64,000 nucleotides of DNA from Lama guanicoe. Lineage: Eukaryota. How positions within the stretch are numbered: position 1 is the stretch's first letter; every line of letters begins with the position of its first letter. This document shows, piece by piece, positions 13,940 to 26,527 of this stretch. The notes under the pieces are model-generated. The model worked only from the letters and a program-made list of their open reading frames with translations, was not told where the DNA came from and did no database searches. The DNA lies in the NCBI GenBank assembly GCA_013239625.1, contig MU054323.1, forward strand, positions 10,509,186 to 10,573,185. The letters run 5' to 3'. The translations under genes were made by a program, and so were the position numbers.

Positions 13940-14515
13940 TTTCTTACTCACTCCTTTCTGCCCTCAAATTTCACTTATTGGATGCTGACTTTCTGCAAAC
14001 ACCCAAGCACTGGGGACACAGACGTGAGCCAGAGCCAGGCTTCAAGGAACACTCCCATAGGAGTGATGAGATATTTGCACTAACTTTAATCAAAAGTAGA
14101 GGTTATAGAGTCATAAGACACATACGGATAAAGAACTTTGAGAGGCACTATGAAAGAGACATTAGGTTCAGTTGGGAAGAGTCAAAAAGAAGATGACCTT
14201 TAAGTTCGATCTTAAAGGGAGAGGAAAACAGAGATACTGGCAGAGACAGCTGTGCAGGAGTTGAGAGGAAGAGGAGTCAAGGCAGAAATGTAGAAAATGT
14301 GTAGTGGCCTTTGGCTGCAGAATGGGGTACATGAAGAGAAGGCTGGGAATTAAGGAAGGGTGGTGGGTGTGGACCAAGCCAGAGAACATTTAATTCCTGG
14401 CTGAAGATGTTCAACTTTATTTTGTGGACAACAGAGAGCCAGAAAAGGTTTGAGTAGGATAGGGATATCATCAGAGTGGTGTTTCAGGAAGATTAATCTG
14501 GTATGGCTGGGAGAA
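13940..14515 (-). mobile_element. L2 LINE fragment
   Basis: tcactca...cttattggatgc...gcactggggacacag...aaggtttgagtagg...tcagagtggtgtttcaggaagattaatctgg is antisense L2 3' region. Confidence 0.7.
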
Positions 14516-14760
14516 GGGGATCAATAATGACCCAACCTCATCCTCCACAACCAGTCCACACAGGCAAGGGTGTGATAAATGCAAATGTGATGTGTTTAGT
14601 GTGTTACCGTTGTAAGCAAAGGTGCCATGTTAGAGGCAGACTCTGGGATCCACTGGGGTTCCCAGTACTAGGTTAGTGTCTGGGACCCTACTCTGATGTT
14701 CTTTGTTAGTGGAAAGTTGGGCAAAATAAAGGAGGTGGCTCCCTTCTTCTCAGAAAGATT

Positions 14761-14814
14761 ATATGCATGTGTGTGCGCATGTGCACAAGCACACACACAC
14801 GCACGCACACATAC
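14761..14814. repeat. Alternating purine-pyrimidine (TG/CA/CG) tract
   Basis: atatgcatgtgtgtgcgcatgtgcacaagcacacacacacgcacgcacacatac. Confidence 0.85.
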
Positions 14815-15569
14815 CCTTGAGAAACTCAAGTTCCCAGCAGGAGTGAAGCAAGCTGAAGTTGATGTGCCTTGGAATGCTTCCTGTACCCCTCTACCCTCCT
14901 CCTGGGTGTGGAAACACATGTAAATTCTGTCCTTGTGATTCAGTACTTCAATGAGACTCTTTCAAGGCTGACTGGACGATAGATTACTTTTCCAGTTCTA
15001 ATATGTGAAATGATGTTTATATGAATTTTATTTTGTGCAACTGGACTGTCAATAAGAGACTGAGCTTAAAGTATTTTCATTCTCAATGAAACTCTATAGT
15101 TGAGAGCTATCTCTTCATCAGCAGCTTTCCTCAACCCCCCAAAAATAAAATAAAAGGAAAAAATGCATTTCATAAATTCCTCGGGATTCGTCGTCAGTAT
15201 AAATCTTTTAAAGTTAGTGAGAATTTATCTCTCCTCTCCCTCATTCCTGTTTCCTGTTTATTTTGCTCAGAATAGCTTGGGGCTAAGGGAAGGCTCCTGG
15301 GGTCCCTTCTAATTAAGAAGGATGACCTGGCAGCTCACAGACCTTCCCCCAGTGTGAGCCACGGAGGGTGGAGAAGCAGATCAAAGAGCCCTGCTTACAC
15401 AGTGCCACGATCATGGTTTCCTTATTATTGGATTGTGTTGATTTATTCAATGATTAAATATGAAATGGTTGTTATTTTTACCTTTGGTCACCAGCATAGG
15501 GATGTGTCCCTCTCATCCCAGATAGCAGGGCTCAAATTATGAGCCAAAAACCAAATGGCATGAATCTTG

Positions 15570-15780
15570 AAATCAGACAGACTCTTCCATATTCAGGATC
15601 TCTCTCTATCCAGTTCTAGGCTTTAGACAAATTATTTAAACTCTTTAAACCTTCATTTGCTCAGATTTAATAATGAGTGCTGCCTACCTCACATGGCTGT
15701 TATGGAGATTAAATTAAATTACATGCATGGAGTGGCCAGTACAGTGCCCGGCTCTTAGTAGGAATGTGATGAATGTTGAT
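15570..15780 (+). mobile_element. MIR SINE
   Basis: ttagacaaattatttaaactct...cctacctcacatggctgttatggagattaaat...cagtgcccggctcttagtagg. Confidence 0.7.
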
Positions 15781-16399
15781 TTCCTGCTTTGAGGGGTGTC
15801 TTAGTCAGGAGCTCCTTTTATCTGTCACTAAACTTGGAATAAAATGGACTGAATTTGAGTGCTGATTCTGTCACTACCAAGGTTCCTTTGTTTGTAAAAT
15901 GAAAAGGTTGGATAGAGTCTCTCTGAGGACCCTTACAGCTCCAAACTGTCAGTAATTCTATCTGCCTGCCTAGAATACGATCAATCTAAAGGAAACATGT
16001 CAAGTCTCCAAGCTCCTAAATCCTAAAGGCTTCTTCTCCTAATTCACTTCTCTGAGGCTTGTACACCAACAGTTTCAGTCAATGGGCCAAATACTCTGTA
16101 AAGTGTGATTCCCTGACCTGCTTCCGCTCTTCTGATTTACACAAATACATCCCCAGGAAGGGCTCCAGTCTTAGCATCACTTGTTTCTATAGATGTTTCT
16201 GCTATCAGGCTGGTACCACTTCTAAATTTCTCATATTGAACACAATGCTTGCCACACGGCAGGTACTCAATGACTTTAAAAATCAAAGTAATTTATACAT
16301 ACGACAAGGAATCAAATAGTTCAGAATAGCACGTAATAATAATTTTTTAAAAAAACTATCCTTAAATCATGCTCCTCTCACCAAGTCCCAAAAATATTT

Positions 16400-18462
16400 T
16401 TAAAGATTTCTAATCTTTTGGCAACTGATTTCATGATTCTAAGTACTATGATCACAGTGTTATTTGTTGGTGTAACAATTTTAGGCCCCTTAACATTGAT
16501 GGTACATTAAGAAAAATGATACTCTTCCCCTTCTAATTCTTTATTTTTTAAATCCCTTTTTACTTTCCTATTACTTTCCCTTTTAACTTTGCATGGTAAA
16601 TTTATTACATGTTCCACCAGCTTTAGCCAGCATCACGACTCTCCTCCCTGGAAGATGACGCTGTGAGTCTTCCTGCTCTTCTGCACTTTTCCTCATCCAA
16701 GTCCATCTCCCAAGGCAGCTGAGCTTTTCCTGTACATTGTCAAAACTGTGTAAGAATGATTAAGTCTAGTGTTTTGTCTACAGGTTGATGCTAAACATTG
16801 AAAATCAACAAACAGAGCTTTTATACTGATAACTATATGTTCTTTTTTTCCCCTGTAGTGAGCAAGGGTTATATTTATAAGCTTCTTTATAGGTCCAGTA
16901 ATGCATCCCACTCCACGGAGAATGTTGCCAGAATCAGGATCAAATGAATATTCGTATTCATTCTCTCTCTCTCACATTTTCACTTGTCAAAATTATGGCA
17001 CATTATAATTTGCCTTATATTTGAATCAGGACTCTCCTGGGCAGTTTGTTTTTCCAGAAATGTCTAATTGTTTTTCTATTTTATTTATTTTCTGTCTGCC
17101 TTTCGCACCATATCACTAACACTTCAACATACTCCCTGAAAAATCTCTCCAGTCATCTTGAAGATGTTGATTTCCTGTTTTTAATTTGTACCAGTTGCTT
17201 TCTGGGCCTCCAGTAATGCTATCATTCTAGAATTTCTTTTGACTAGAGCTCTTTCATTAGTCTCACCATCCTCAGGGGGAAACTTTGCAAAACTTTGAGT
17301 ATCTGCAATATTTTTATTTTACTTTCACACTTGGTTGATAGATTTTCTGGCTATAGTTTCTAAGTTGGAAAATTTGCTTCAGAAATTTGAAGGCACAGCT
17401 TTAGTGTTGTCTAGAATCTGTGTGACTCAGGCGGCGTCTGAGGCTGGTTTTACTATTCATTTCTTTGTAGTCAGTCTGTTTTTTTCCCTCTTTGGAAGGC
17501 ATCAGTATCTTTAACACTGTGGTGCTGAAATTTCAATACAACGGATCTAGGAATGGATCTCTATAAAAGTTCCTTGGTGGCATTTGGTTGGCTCTTTTAG
17601 AAAACACGTGTTTCTTTCACTTCTGGTAAATGTGTCTTATTATTTCTCTGATACTTTCATTCTCTCTCTTCTCAGTCTTGATTCTTTCTGAAGAGCTTTA
17701 TCTCTCAAGTTAACTTCTGTTACCTATTTATTTTTGTTTTCTCTGGGGTCAATTTACGTAGATATTTCCTTTTCATGCTGCTGGGCTATCATACGTAGGG
17801 TGGTCCTGGGTCAGCCCCTTACACAGAGACAGGAGAGACTAGGAGCGCTGACAGGAACTTCTCTGTACCTAGTTATTACTTGTTCTCCTTGTAAGAGTTG
17901 GCTTGGTGAGGCTGGTGAGGGGCAGGCCTTCCTGCAGTGGCCAACTCCAGCATCATGGACACATCACCCTCTGCATGAACCCTTAATGCTTCCACCAGTG
18001 GCCCTAGTTCTGTCAGTCCACTTGAATCTTTAGAGGAGCACCCCCTGTTTCTTCCCCCCTGTGGTTAAGCATCCTGTTACCTTTTCGTCTGGAAAAATGG
18101 GGTTGAAAGTGGGTGGAGATCAATAGTTAATCACACCACAGAGGAATCCCATTCTTCCTCCTGACTCTCATCCTTCCTTCCAGAGGATCCCTTATCAGTA
18201 CTTATCGTGGTGCCTCCAGCAGATGGGCCCCCTCTTCTGCTCTAAATCCCCTTTTGCATCTTCTCAGCTATGGCCACTTTATTTCCTTCATCTACATCTT
18301 CCATCTCCTCTTCGGGTTCTAGAATTCACTCATGGTTCCCCTCCTGTTCTGTTTGTTATTCAGGATTTCTTCCTCTGTTGAATTCTTTGTTATCACTTTA
18401 GTGGGACTGAAGGAGAGAAGACAAATGTGTGCTCCGTCCACCATCCTGAACTAGAAGTCTCT
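16400..18462 (-). mobile_element. Ancient LINE remnant (HAL1/L1ME-like, ORF1 and 5' region)
   Basis: T-rich degraded stretch with gatagattttctggctatag...cagaaatttgaaggca, ending ccaccatcctgaactagaagtc, typical of the reverse-complemented 5' end of HAL1/L1M. Left boundary is uncertain. Confidence 0.5.
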
Positions 18463-18729
18463 TAATCATATTCTTTGTGTGAGAATATGAATAAACAAAT
18501 GCATGTACAGAGTTCCATCTCAAAAAATCACACATGATTCTGGCACCACTGGTTAACTATCTACATTGCAATTAAACTATTAAATCATTAGTATAAGCTA
18601 TGACTTGATCATGATGCCATTCATATTAGGTGGGACCTAAGGAACAGCAGAAGTTTAATGGGCTGGAATATGCACAAAAGTGCAATGTGCAGACACAAGC
18701 CGCTAGGTGCAGCATCAGAGAGCAATGCT

Positions 18730-18990
18730 ATGACATCACCCAGAGTATGTTCCGTAGAACACGAGCCCCACAGGGTGTTAATAGGCATTATGAGAAAGCC
18801 TCATAATCAAGTAATTTTGAAGATTACTGGGTTAGACAAAAGTAAACAGGCTCTTGCCTTGCAGGACTTCTTAGAATCTTAATATGCCATTAAGAGTTTT
18901 GACTCTTCAAGAGTGGAATTTAAAATGAAGATTTCCCAAACTCCTTTGGGCACAGAACTCTTGCTATTGTGTATAATGTACCATGAAATA
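18730..18990. mobile_element. Old hAT-Charlie-type DNA transposon remnant
   Basis: ccagagtatgttccgtagaacac...tttcccaaactc...cacagaac...atgctttgaaa. Family not resolved. Confidence 0.4.
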
Positions 18991-20097
18991 TGCTTTGAAA
19001 CCCTCTTCTATTCTATTTCTGCTCGAGACCACTTTCAGAAAGTAAGAAAGGAAAAAACATCATGATAAGAATGAATGTAGTGTGGAAGTGAGAAATACAT
19101 CTATAGCTGTGTCCACATCTATATCATCTCTTAAATCATAAATCTTCTCTGTTTGTATGACTTTCAAACTGTCCTCTCTTCAAGAACTAAGCTTCTTATA
19201 GCAGAATCATACTTTTGGAAAGGCTCCTCTGAATTAGTGCATTTTTCTCTCTACCTGAGGATACTTAAAAACTCTGACTTTCAGAATGTCAGAGCTAGAA
19301 ACAAACATGGTGGCCCCCTTGCTGTACTGGGGAAAAAAACCAAGAAGCAAAGCTAAGGACTTATCCAAGGTCACATCACAAAATAGTAGTAGATGTGGGA
19401 TTAGGAGTAAGGTTTTCAGACTCCCTGTCTAAAATAGTGGAACATCCAGTGTCTGCCTGCCCATGATAGAGATCTACAATGATATTTTTGCTCAAATATT
19501 CTATGGCCAGTTTCCCCAGACATCACTTTCTCTCTTTGCACTCCTAAAACTCTGAGGATCAAGCCCCGCAAATGATCTCAAGCCTACCTATCTGGCTGTC
19601 TCAGATCTAAAATCACAGACTAAGGCTTGGGCAAGTGGGATCCAGACAGACAAGTAATCTTTTGGAAATCACTCTTGGGGGCTTAGGGTGGTCCCCAACA
19701 CCTGGGCAGTATTTTAGGGTCTCCTCTGTTTATGTGGTCTTATGAAGCCCCCAAAACAAATCAGGACCATGGAAAGAGCTCCCTTATTGTTTATTTTTAA
19801 AATTCTAATTCTGCTACCAAATGTAACCTCAACTCAGGTTTTAGGTTTCAGTACAGAGTTTTAAAATTTAGAGGAAGGAATATGTGGGATTGTCTTCATT
19901 GGCATGCTTTGCCTAAAAATGGGATAATTTAGGAATCCAGAACTTCAAAGACCTGGAGCTCTTGGGAATCATTTAGTCCAACCTTTTTACCTTGCAGTTG
20001 AAGACATTCAGACCAGGGGGTTGAAGGGCTGTGCCTAGATTCCACAGAGGCCAGTTGAACTGTGTTAGGACCCAGCTCCTTCAGTCCCAGCCCTGTG

Positions 20098-20250
20098 TAC
20101 TTTTACCGCCTCTCTCTGCTGTGATGTCAAATATTTGGAATTTGCTCTGCTATCCTCCACCACTAGGGCTTAATACTTTTACCGCCTCTCTCTGCTGTGA
20201 TGTCAAATATTTGGAATTTGCTCTGCTATCCTCCACCACTAGGGCTTAAT
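20098..20250. repeat. Perfect tandem duplication, period 76 bp
   Basis: 20098-20173 and 20174-20249 are identical (tacttttaccgcc...cactagggcttaa), with 1 nt of junction microhomology. Confidence 0.97.
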
Positions 20251-20519
20251 GTATGGCTGTACTGCACCTTCACTGGAAAGCACTTTGAAGAGAAATGGTA
20301 TCAGTTTTTGAGATCAAATGATTAGAAACACCAAGTGTGTTCATTAAGGAAGGCAAGCGAGGTAGAGAGAGTTGATTTTTCTTAACAGTATTATTAATCT
20401 TAACACTATGAGTTCAGCTGTATCTTAAAGTAGTAGCACATTTGCACGTTTAGTGAAAATCTGTAAATTATCTCTCCCGTCCAAGTTAACTGAGGCAAAA
20501 TTTCCCTAGAAATGGTAAA

Positions 20520-20670
20520 ATATATTTATGCTTGTGTGTACATACAGTAAATATATACATATATATATTTGCATGTGCATGTTTATGCATAGCTATATAT
20601 GTATATATTTTATGTGCCTATACATCCATATATTTACATATGTATATCTGTGTGTGTATGTTTATATAGA
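20520..20670. repeat. TA/TG/CA-rich low-complexity tract
   Basis: Runs of tatata, tgtg and cata are directly visible. Confidence 0.8.
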
Positions 20671-21639
20671 TCCCCTTTTAGATCTCTGACCCTGTTAAAA
20701 AAAAACAAATCCTTTTTGGGGAGACACATTTTGTTATTGTTTTTGTTTTTGTTTTTGTTTTTAACCAATGGGTTTCATTTAGGAAAAAAGGAAAAGGCTA
20801 AAAATCTCTACATACTGTATGTGTGTCCTGGGGAGTCAGCAAAAAAAGATAATAAAAGGCAAAGCATATAAATAGAAGGAATCAACCTAAAGTGCTGAGA
20901 AACCTCTTTTCCCTAAGAGCTCACTGTGGTAATCCTCAAGGAAAATAGGACAGCACTTGATCTGATGAGCAGGAGAAAGAAGCAGCCAAATGAAAACTAA
21001 ACAATTGATTTAATTCAATGAGAAGCAGGAGGAAGGAGAGGAAAGTGTCTGCTGCAGTGGGGTAGGGCAAAAAGGAGTCAGGGGACCAAAGTGCCTTTGC
21101 CGCAACAAAATCCACTTTGGAGGGAGAGAAGCACAAAATTAGGTTTTCCCTTTTGCTCGTAGATTCTTAGCTCTGGAATCAGATTGTTCAATTTTTGCTT
21201 AATTCCCAGATGTCAGAGTATAAAAATCTTCCATGTTACTTTTTAAATTTTGCTAAGAGGTAGCAGATATTATTACTCTATTTGTGCAGTTCATTGATTT
21301 TTTTAATTAAAAATTTAAAAAGCAATTTTTGACCCATTTCCTTGTGGGGGTCTCAGAATCTCAGCCTCATGATAGTAAGATCTGACATTCATGTGCTGAG
21401 GGTCTTAGACACCCTATTGTTGAAGGAGAAGCAAACATTGGAACAGCCAAGCCACAAAGTGCAAAACAAGGGAAGGCCACTGTATCACCACATGCCACTC
21501 TGAGAATGCTGCATGGAGCAACACGATACCATCTTGCCCAACTCTTTGCTTTTCAGAAGAGGAAGCTCACATGCAGAAAGCTGAGGCAGACCAGGCAAAG
21601 GAAAATGGTGAAGCCGAGTTCTCAAAGGTTGTAGAATGA

Positions 21640-21822
21640 GCCAGCTTCTTCTAATTGGTCTTCCCACTTTCCACTTCCCACTTCTCCTCCCCCCAACATT
21701 CTACACAGTAGCCAGAGCCATCTTCTTAAATGTAATTTAGTCACTCCCTTGTTTTAAATTCTTCAGTGGCTTCTCACTGACAATAGATTAAAATCCAAAT
21801 TCCTTACTATGGTCCTACAAGG
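21640..21822 (+). mobile_element. L2 LINE fragment
   Basis: cttctaattggtcttccc...ctacacagtagccagag...tcactcccttgttttaaattcttcagtggcttc...aaaatccaaattcctta. Confidence 0.75.
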
Positions 21823-21843
21823 AAGGTCAGAGGATAACTGACC

Positions 21844-22490
21844 TGTAGCAGACACCACAGGTTGGCTCACTCAACACCCCAACCAACTTCCTTCTCTCTT
21901 GCCTTTCTCTTTTTTTAGATACTGGAAGTTAAAAAAAAATGACTGGTTTTAATAGGCCTTCCTTCCAGAGAGGACGCAGTTCTGGCCAGTGAAATGTAAG
22001 CAGCATTGTGCTCGTAGGGTTGTGGAATTAGCACATAAAAACACAGGACACCCAGTTAAATGTGAGTTTCAGGTAAATAATGAATACTTTTTTCAGTATA
22101 AATATGTCCCAAATATTGCATAGGGCATACTTATATTAAAAGCATTATTTACTGTTTATTTGAAACTCACATTTAACTGGACATCCTGTTTTTATCTGGC
22201 AACTCTATGTTCTGGACAATTTGTGGATAACTTCTCTCTGCTTCTTTCTTCTTCTTATTGCCTAGAATGTGGACATAATGCCTGGAGGTGTGGCAGCTGT
22301 CTCGTGACCATGAAGCGGCAAGCATGAGCATATGGAATAGAAAGGTAATGAGAGTTGAGTCACTAATGCTGTTTTTGGATATCTGTACCATTGCCTGTCT
22401 CTGGTCTTCTAATAGGAAAAATACAACCCAACACCCAAGATCTTTATTTGGCTAAGCCACTGTAGCGAGAGTTTCTGCTGTTTTATAGTT
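21844..22490 (+). mobile_element. Old MaLR LTR (MLT1-type) interrupted by MER53
   Basis: tgtagcagacacc...cagttctggccagtgaaatgtaagcag [MER53] ...gcctggaggtgtggcagctgtctcgtgaccatgaag...taagccactgt. Confidence 0.65.
22015..22207. mobile_element. MER53 palindromic hAT MITE, full length (193 bp)
   Basis: Termini tagggttg...caactcta. Internal inverted repeat ccagttaaatgtgagtttca / tgaaactcacatttaactgg. Degenerate 8-bp TSD tgtgctcg (22007-22014) / tgttctgg (22208-22215). Confidence 0.92.
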
Positions 22491-22784
22491 GATGCTCTGT
22501 AACCTTGTCTATTTTGGGCCAGCTATCCAGTGCCTAACATAATGACAGGGACAGTGCTCCCTCAAGAAACATTTCTTGAATGGATAAAGAAATTACAGGT
22601 AACAAAAAAGGTGGGTAATTCACTTGTTTCCTTGTATCTTATCTAAAATAGTGTCATTCTTCTTATTTATTTTGGGGAGAACATTTTTCCCTTTTGAACT
22701 GACTGGTGACTATACAGGAGTATTATTTGCAACACAAAACAAATCAATTTTTTTAAATGCCTGGAAGTTTGGACTCTTAAGATC

Positions 22785-23060
22785 AGTATTTTTCAAATAG
22801 CGGTTTGTAACCCATTAGTAGGCCATGAAATCAGTTTAGTGGGCCGCAACCAGCATTACATAAAAAGGAGAAGAAGAAAGAGGAGGAGGAGATCAGGAAG
22901 AGGAAAACAATAAAGTATCCATATTATAATTTTTCTTTGGGAAATAATGGCTTCTGATCTATACATGTACACACACATACATACAGACACATTTCTGTCT
23001 ACCATGTTGTTTTGTAAAATGTATTTCTTAACTGTGGATCACAGTTAAAAAAATCAAAAG
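22785..23060 (+). mobile_element. Old hAT-Charlie-type MITE remnant
   Basis: cagtatttttcaaa...acccattagtaggccatgaaatcagtttagtgggccgcaaccagca...ctgtggatcacagt. Family not resolved. Confidence 0.5.
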
Positions 23061-23263
23061 GCTCAAGATGAATATTGTTCAGATTTCAAATGTTCATATG
23101 TGGAAATTACACTGCCCAAGTTTTGTTGCCTGTGCCACCTCTCACTAGCTGGGTGATTTTGGGAGGAGAAGAAATCTATTTGGACAGCATTTCATGATTT
23201 ATAAAACTCTCTCATACAAACAGTTGTATAACAACTTGGTTAAATAGATGCTTTCCTTAGTTG

Positions 23264-23742
23264 TAGCTGTGTCTAATATGGTATGTGGCTACTGATGTGG
23301 ATCAAGAAACTGAGGAACTGAATTCAATTTTTTTGATTTTAAAAACTTTAACACAAATTAATTCAAAAATGGACACTTGATTTGATTATTAGAAAAGTAC
23401 ATTTGGAACAACTTGGGTATGTGAATCTAATTTTTCAACCATAAATTTTATGAAATATAGATCAAATATTTCAGATGAAAATTTAGGCTCCAAAGTGACA
23501 TGTACTGTAAGTATAAAATGTACACTGGATTTCAAAGGTTTATTACAGAAAAAAGAATATCCAATATTTCATGAATAATTTTTATATTGATAACATGTTG
23601 AAATGATAATATTAGATATATTGAGTTAAATAAAATATATTATTGAAACTAAGTTCACCTGTTTCTTTTTACTTTTTGTAGTATGATTTCTAGAAGATCT
23701 AAAATTACATTTTTTGGCTCATATTTCTATTGGGCAGCACTG
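23264..23742. mobile_element. Charlie1-derived DNA transposon (Charlie1a/b-like)
   Basis: actgaggaactgaatt...tttggaacaacttgggtatgtgaatct...tgataacatgttgaaatgataatatt...atttctattgggcagcactg terminus. Confidence 0.8.
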
Positions 23743-23899
23743 CTCTGAGGATCAAGTGTCTTGCCCTAGGCCACTGGATGAGAAATCGCTTCAATCACTG
23801 CTACAATCCAGGTTATTTTACTCCAAATTCATGGCTCTTTCTGTTAAAGTACAAGTCACATCTCCCCAGGCTTCACTATTATCTGTAAAATCAGACAGT

Positions 23900-24105
23900 G
23901 AACTACAAGATGATAGTAACAATAATGATGGCTAACTAACATTTAATGAGTGCCTAACATGTCCTGTGCACTAGGTTAACATTTTACAATGTTTACTGCA
24001 TTTGATTTTACAACAACTCGATAAGGTAGCTTTGTGATTATTATACCCAATTTTCAGATGAGGAAACTAAGGTTCAGAGATATCAATTAACCTGCCTATC
24101 AGCTC
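23900..24105 (-). mobile_element. MIR SINE
   Basis: aacatttaatgagtgc...cacaacaac...ttttcagatgaggaaactaaggttcagaga. Confidence 0.8.
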
Positions 24106-25179
24106 AGGGTGGTGTAGACTGAGGGGCCCACTAGGAGGTCCACACAAATGAATGAAGACTTAGAGCCTTTCCCTGGATAACAGCCCTCACAAAAGCATCT
24201 CGGCTCCTTTGGGTAACATGTAGCTGTATCTCCCAGAATCCTGTTAGATTAATTTCCTTTGGGAAATAATATCTGCCTGATCTTGCTGCTGATTCCAATA
24301 CCATACAGCAGAAATCTCCAAGCACCACAGTCTTTGAATATATAGATAAGACTCAAGGTGACCTTGTATCTGAAAAATTTTCAACCAGAAAATTGAAATA
24401 TGGGCTTCATTACTATGGGTGCTTATTTAAAGATCTACTTGCAATTTGAAACTAAATTTCAATAACAGCCTTCAAATACAGGGACAAATCATATTTTCCC
24501 AGTGAAATTATTTTTTTTTGTTATAAACATTGTGTATTCTCATTAAACACAATTTGGGAAAAAAATAGTAAGAGAAAGCAATTTGTTTATAATTTTACTA
24601 CTCAAACTTTGTATTTTGTTTGTGTTTTTTGTTCCTACACATGCATAAAGTTTTTAAAATTTATAATTCCACTAAGTATACTTTTCTCCCTTGCTCTCTC
24701 ACTTAACATTATGTCATAAGCATTTTCTATGCTCTTGTGTAGGCTTTACAAACATATTTATAAATACTTCTATAATATTTCAATAAGTGGACATCACATT
24801 TAAGCTATTTCTTTAGTTTAGACAATTAGGTTGTTTCCAATTCTTTCCTATTATAGAAAAAGTTGTTCTCTTGCTCCCCCAAATAGTAGTCTTTCTGAAG
24901 TGGCAGTCCACCAACAAGTATCAAACCTTAAACTGTGCTTATTCTTTGACCCAACTGTTTCCTTTCAAGGAATTTGCTTTGAAAAAATAGAGTTATCCAA
25001 AAAGACTTCTTTGCAAAGTCACTTAGCACTATTTATGTGAGCAAATATTTAGAAATTTACCGGTAAATGCCGGACATAGATTAGTTAAGTAATGTATGGT
25101 GTATCCACATGACGAAGTACGTTATGAAGCTAATAGAATTCTGTCTTAAAAATAAGTGAGGATTCTTTTAAATACTCCT

Positions 25180-25420
25180 ACTAATGATGACAACAGCTTT
25201 CCTTTACTGACTACCAGGCACTGCGCTTCTGCCTACTTAGGATCTAATTTAACCCTCAAGAACCCATGTGTTTGGTACTATTATTATCATTTTCTTTGTA
25301 CAGATGCAGAAACAAGCTTAGAGGGTTAGGATTAGGTGACCTCTCAGTGCCACACACAACTGACACCAAGTAAGCAGTGAAACCAAGACACAAACTCTCC
25401 AGGGCTTACTACATCCTTAA
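25180..25420 (-). mobile_element. MIR SINE
   Basis: ctaccaggcactg...atttaaccctcaag...tactattattatc...tacagatgcagaaacaagcttagagggtta. Confidence 0.7.
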
Positions 25421-25654
25421 CCATCAGGCTGTGTAAACACCTATGATGTTCACTATCATTATACGGAGAAGGCAGTTACAAAAAAGCATGGATAGGATGA
25501 CCCAATATGGTAAAATACGTATAAGAAATACATGAGTATATATTTGGAAAGAGAAAACATTTAAGATTATTAAACCCAGGATAAATGGGTAACTCTGGAT
25601 GGCAGAATATTTTTCTTTATACTTTTTTGAATTTTCCAAAACATGTTACTTTTT

Positions 25655-26516
25655 CAATATTTTTTATTACAGTAAGATATACCCAACATGAAACTTACTA
25701 TTTTAACCGTAAGTGTACAAATCATTGGCATTAAGTACACTCATAATGCTGTTCAACTATCACAACTATCCAATTCCAGAACTTTTTCATCATCCCAAAC
25801 AATCTCCCCGTTACCCACTTTCTGCAGCCCCTGGTAACCTCTATTCCACTTTCTGTCTGTATGAATTTGACTGCTCTAGGTACTTCATATAAGTAGAATC
25901 ATACAGTATTTGCCTTTTTATGACTGGCTTATTTAATTTAGCATTTCTTCAAAGCTTATCCATGTTGTACCATGTGTCAGAATTTCATTTCTTCTTAAGG
26001 CTGAATAATATTCCATTGTGTGTATATACCACATTTTGTCTATCTGTTCATCTGTTGGTGGACATTTGGGCTGTTATAAATAATGATGGCTACTATAAGC
26101 AATGTTGTTATGGACCCTGGTATACGAGTATCTGTTTGGGTCCCTCCTTTCAGTTCTTTTGGGTATATACCTAGGAGTGAAACTGCTGGGTCATAGGGTA
26201 ATTCTATGTTTAACCTTTTGAGGAATTGCCAAACTGTTTTCCATGGTGATTACACCATTTTATATTCCCTTCGGCAATGTGCAACAATTTCAATTTCTCT
26301 ACATTCTTAGCAACATTTTTTATTTTCCTTTTAAAAAAATAATAGCCATATTAATGGGTATAAAGTGGTATTCGTTGTGTTATGATTTGCATTTCCTTAA
26401 TGACTAGTGATATTGAGCATCATTTCATGTGTTTATTGGCCATCTGTACATCTTCTTTGGAGAAGTGTCTATTCAAGTCCTTTGCGCAGTTTCTAATTGG
26501 GTTGTTTGTTTTCATC
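25655..26516 (-). mobile_element. L1 3' portion (L1MB/L1MA-type), 5'-truncated
   Basis: Antisense L1 3'UTR and ORF2 end (ccagaactttttcatcatcccaaac; gtatatacctaggagtgaaactgctgggtca; ttctttggagaagtgtctattcaagtcc). Flanked by tgttacttttt at 25644-25654 and 26517-26527. Confidence 0.88.
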
Positions 26517-26527
26517 TGTTACTTTTT

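Noticed and set aside
16943..16962. 8-bp stem with a TTCG loop
   Set aside because: AT-rich, lacks the C-G closing pair of a stable UUCG tetraloop, and is at chance frequency.
25055..25068. Perfect 14-bp palindrome atttaccggtaaat
   Set aside because: About four such palindromes are expected by chance in 64 kb, and it lies in decayed L1 sequence.
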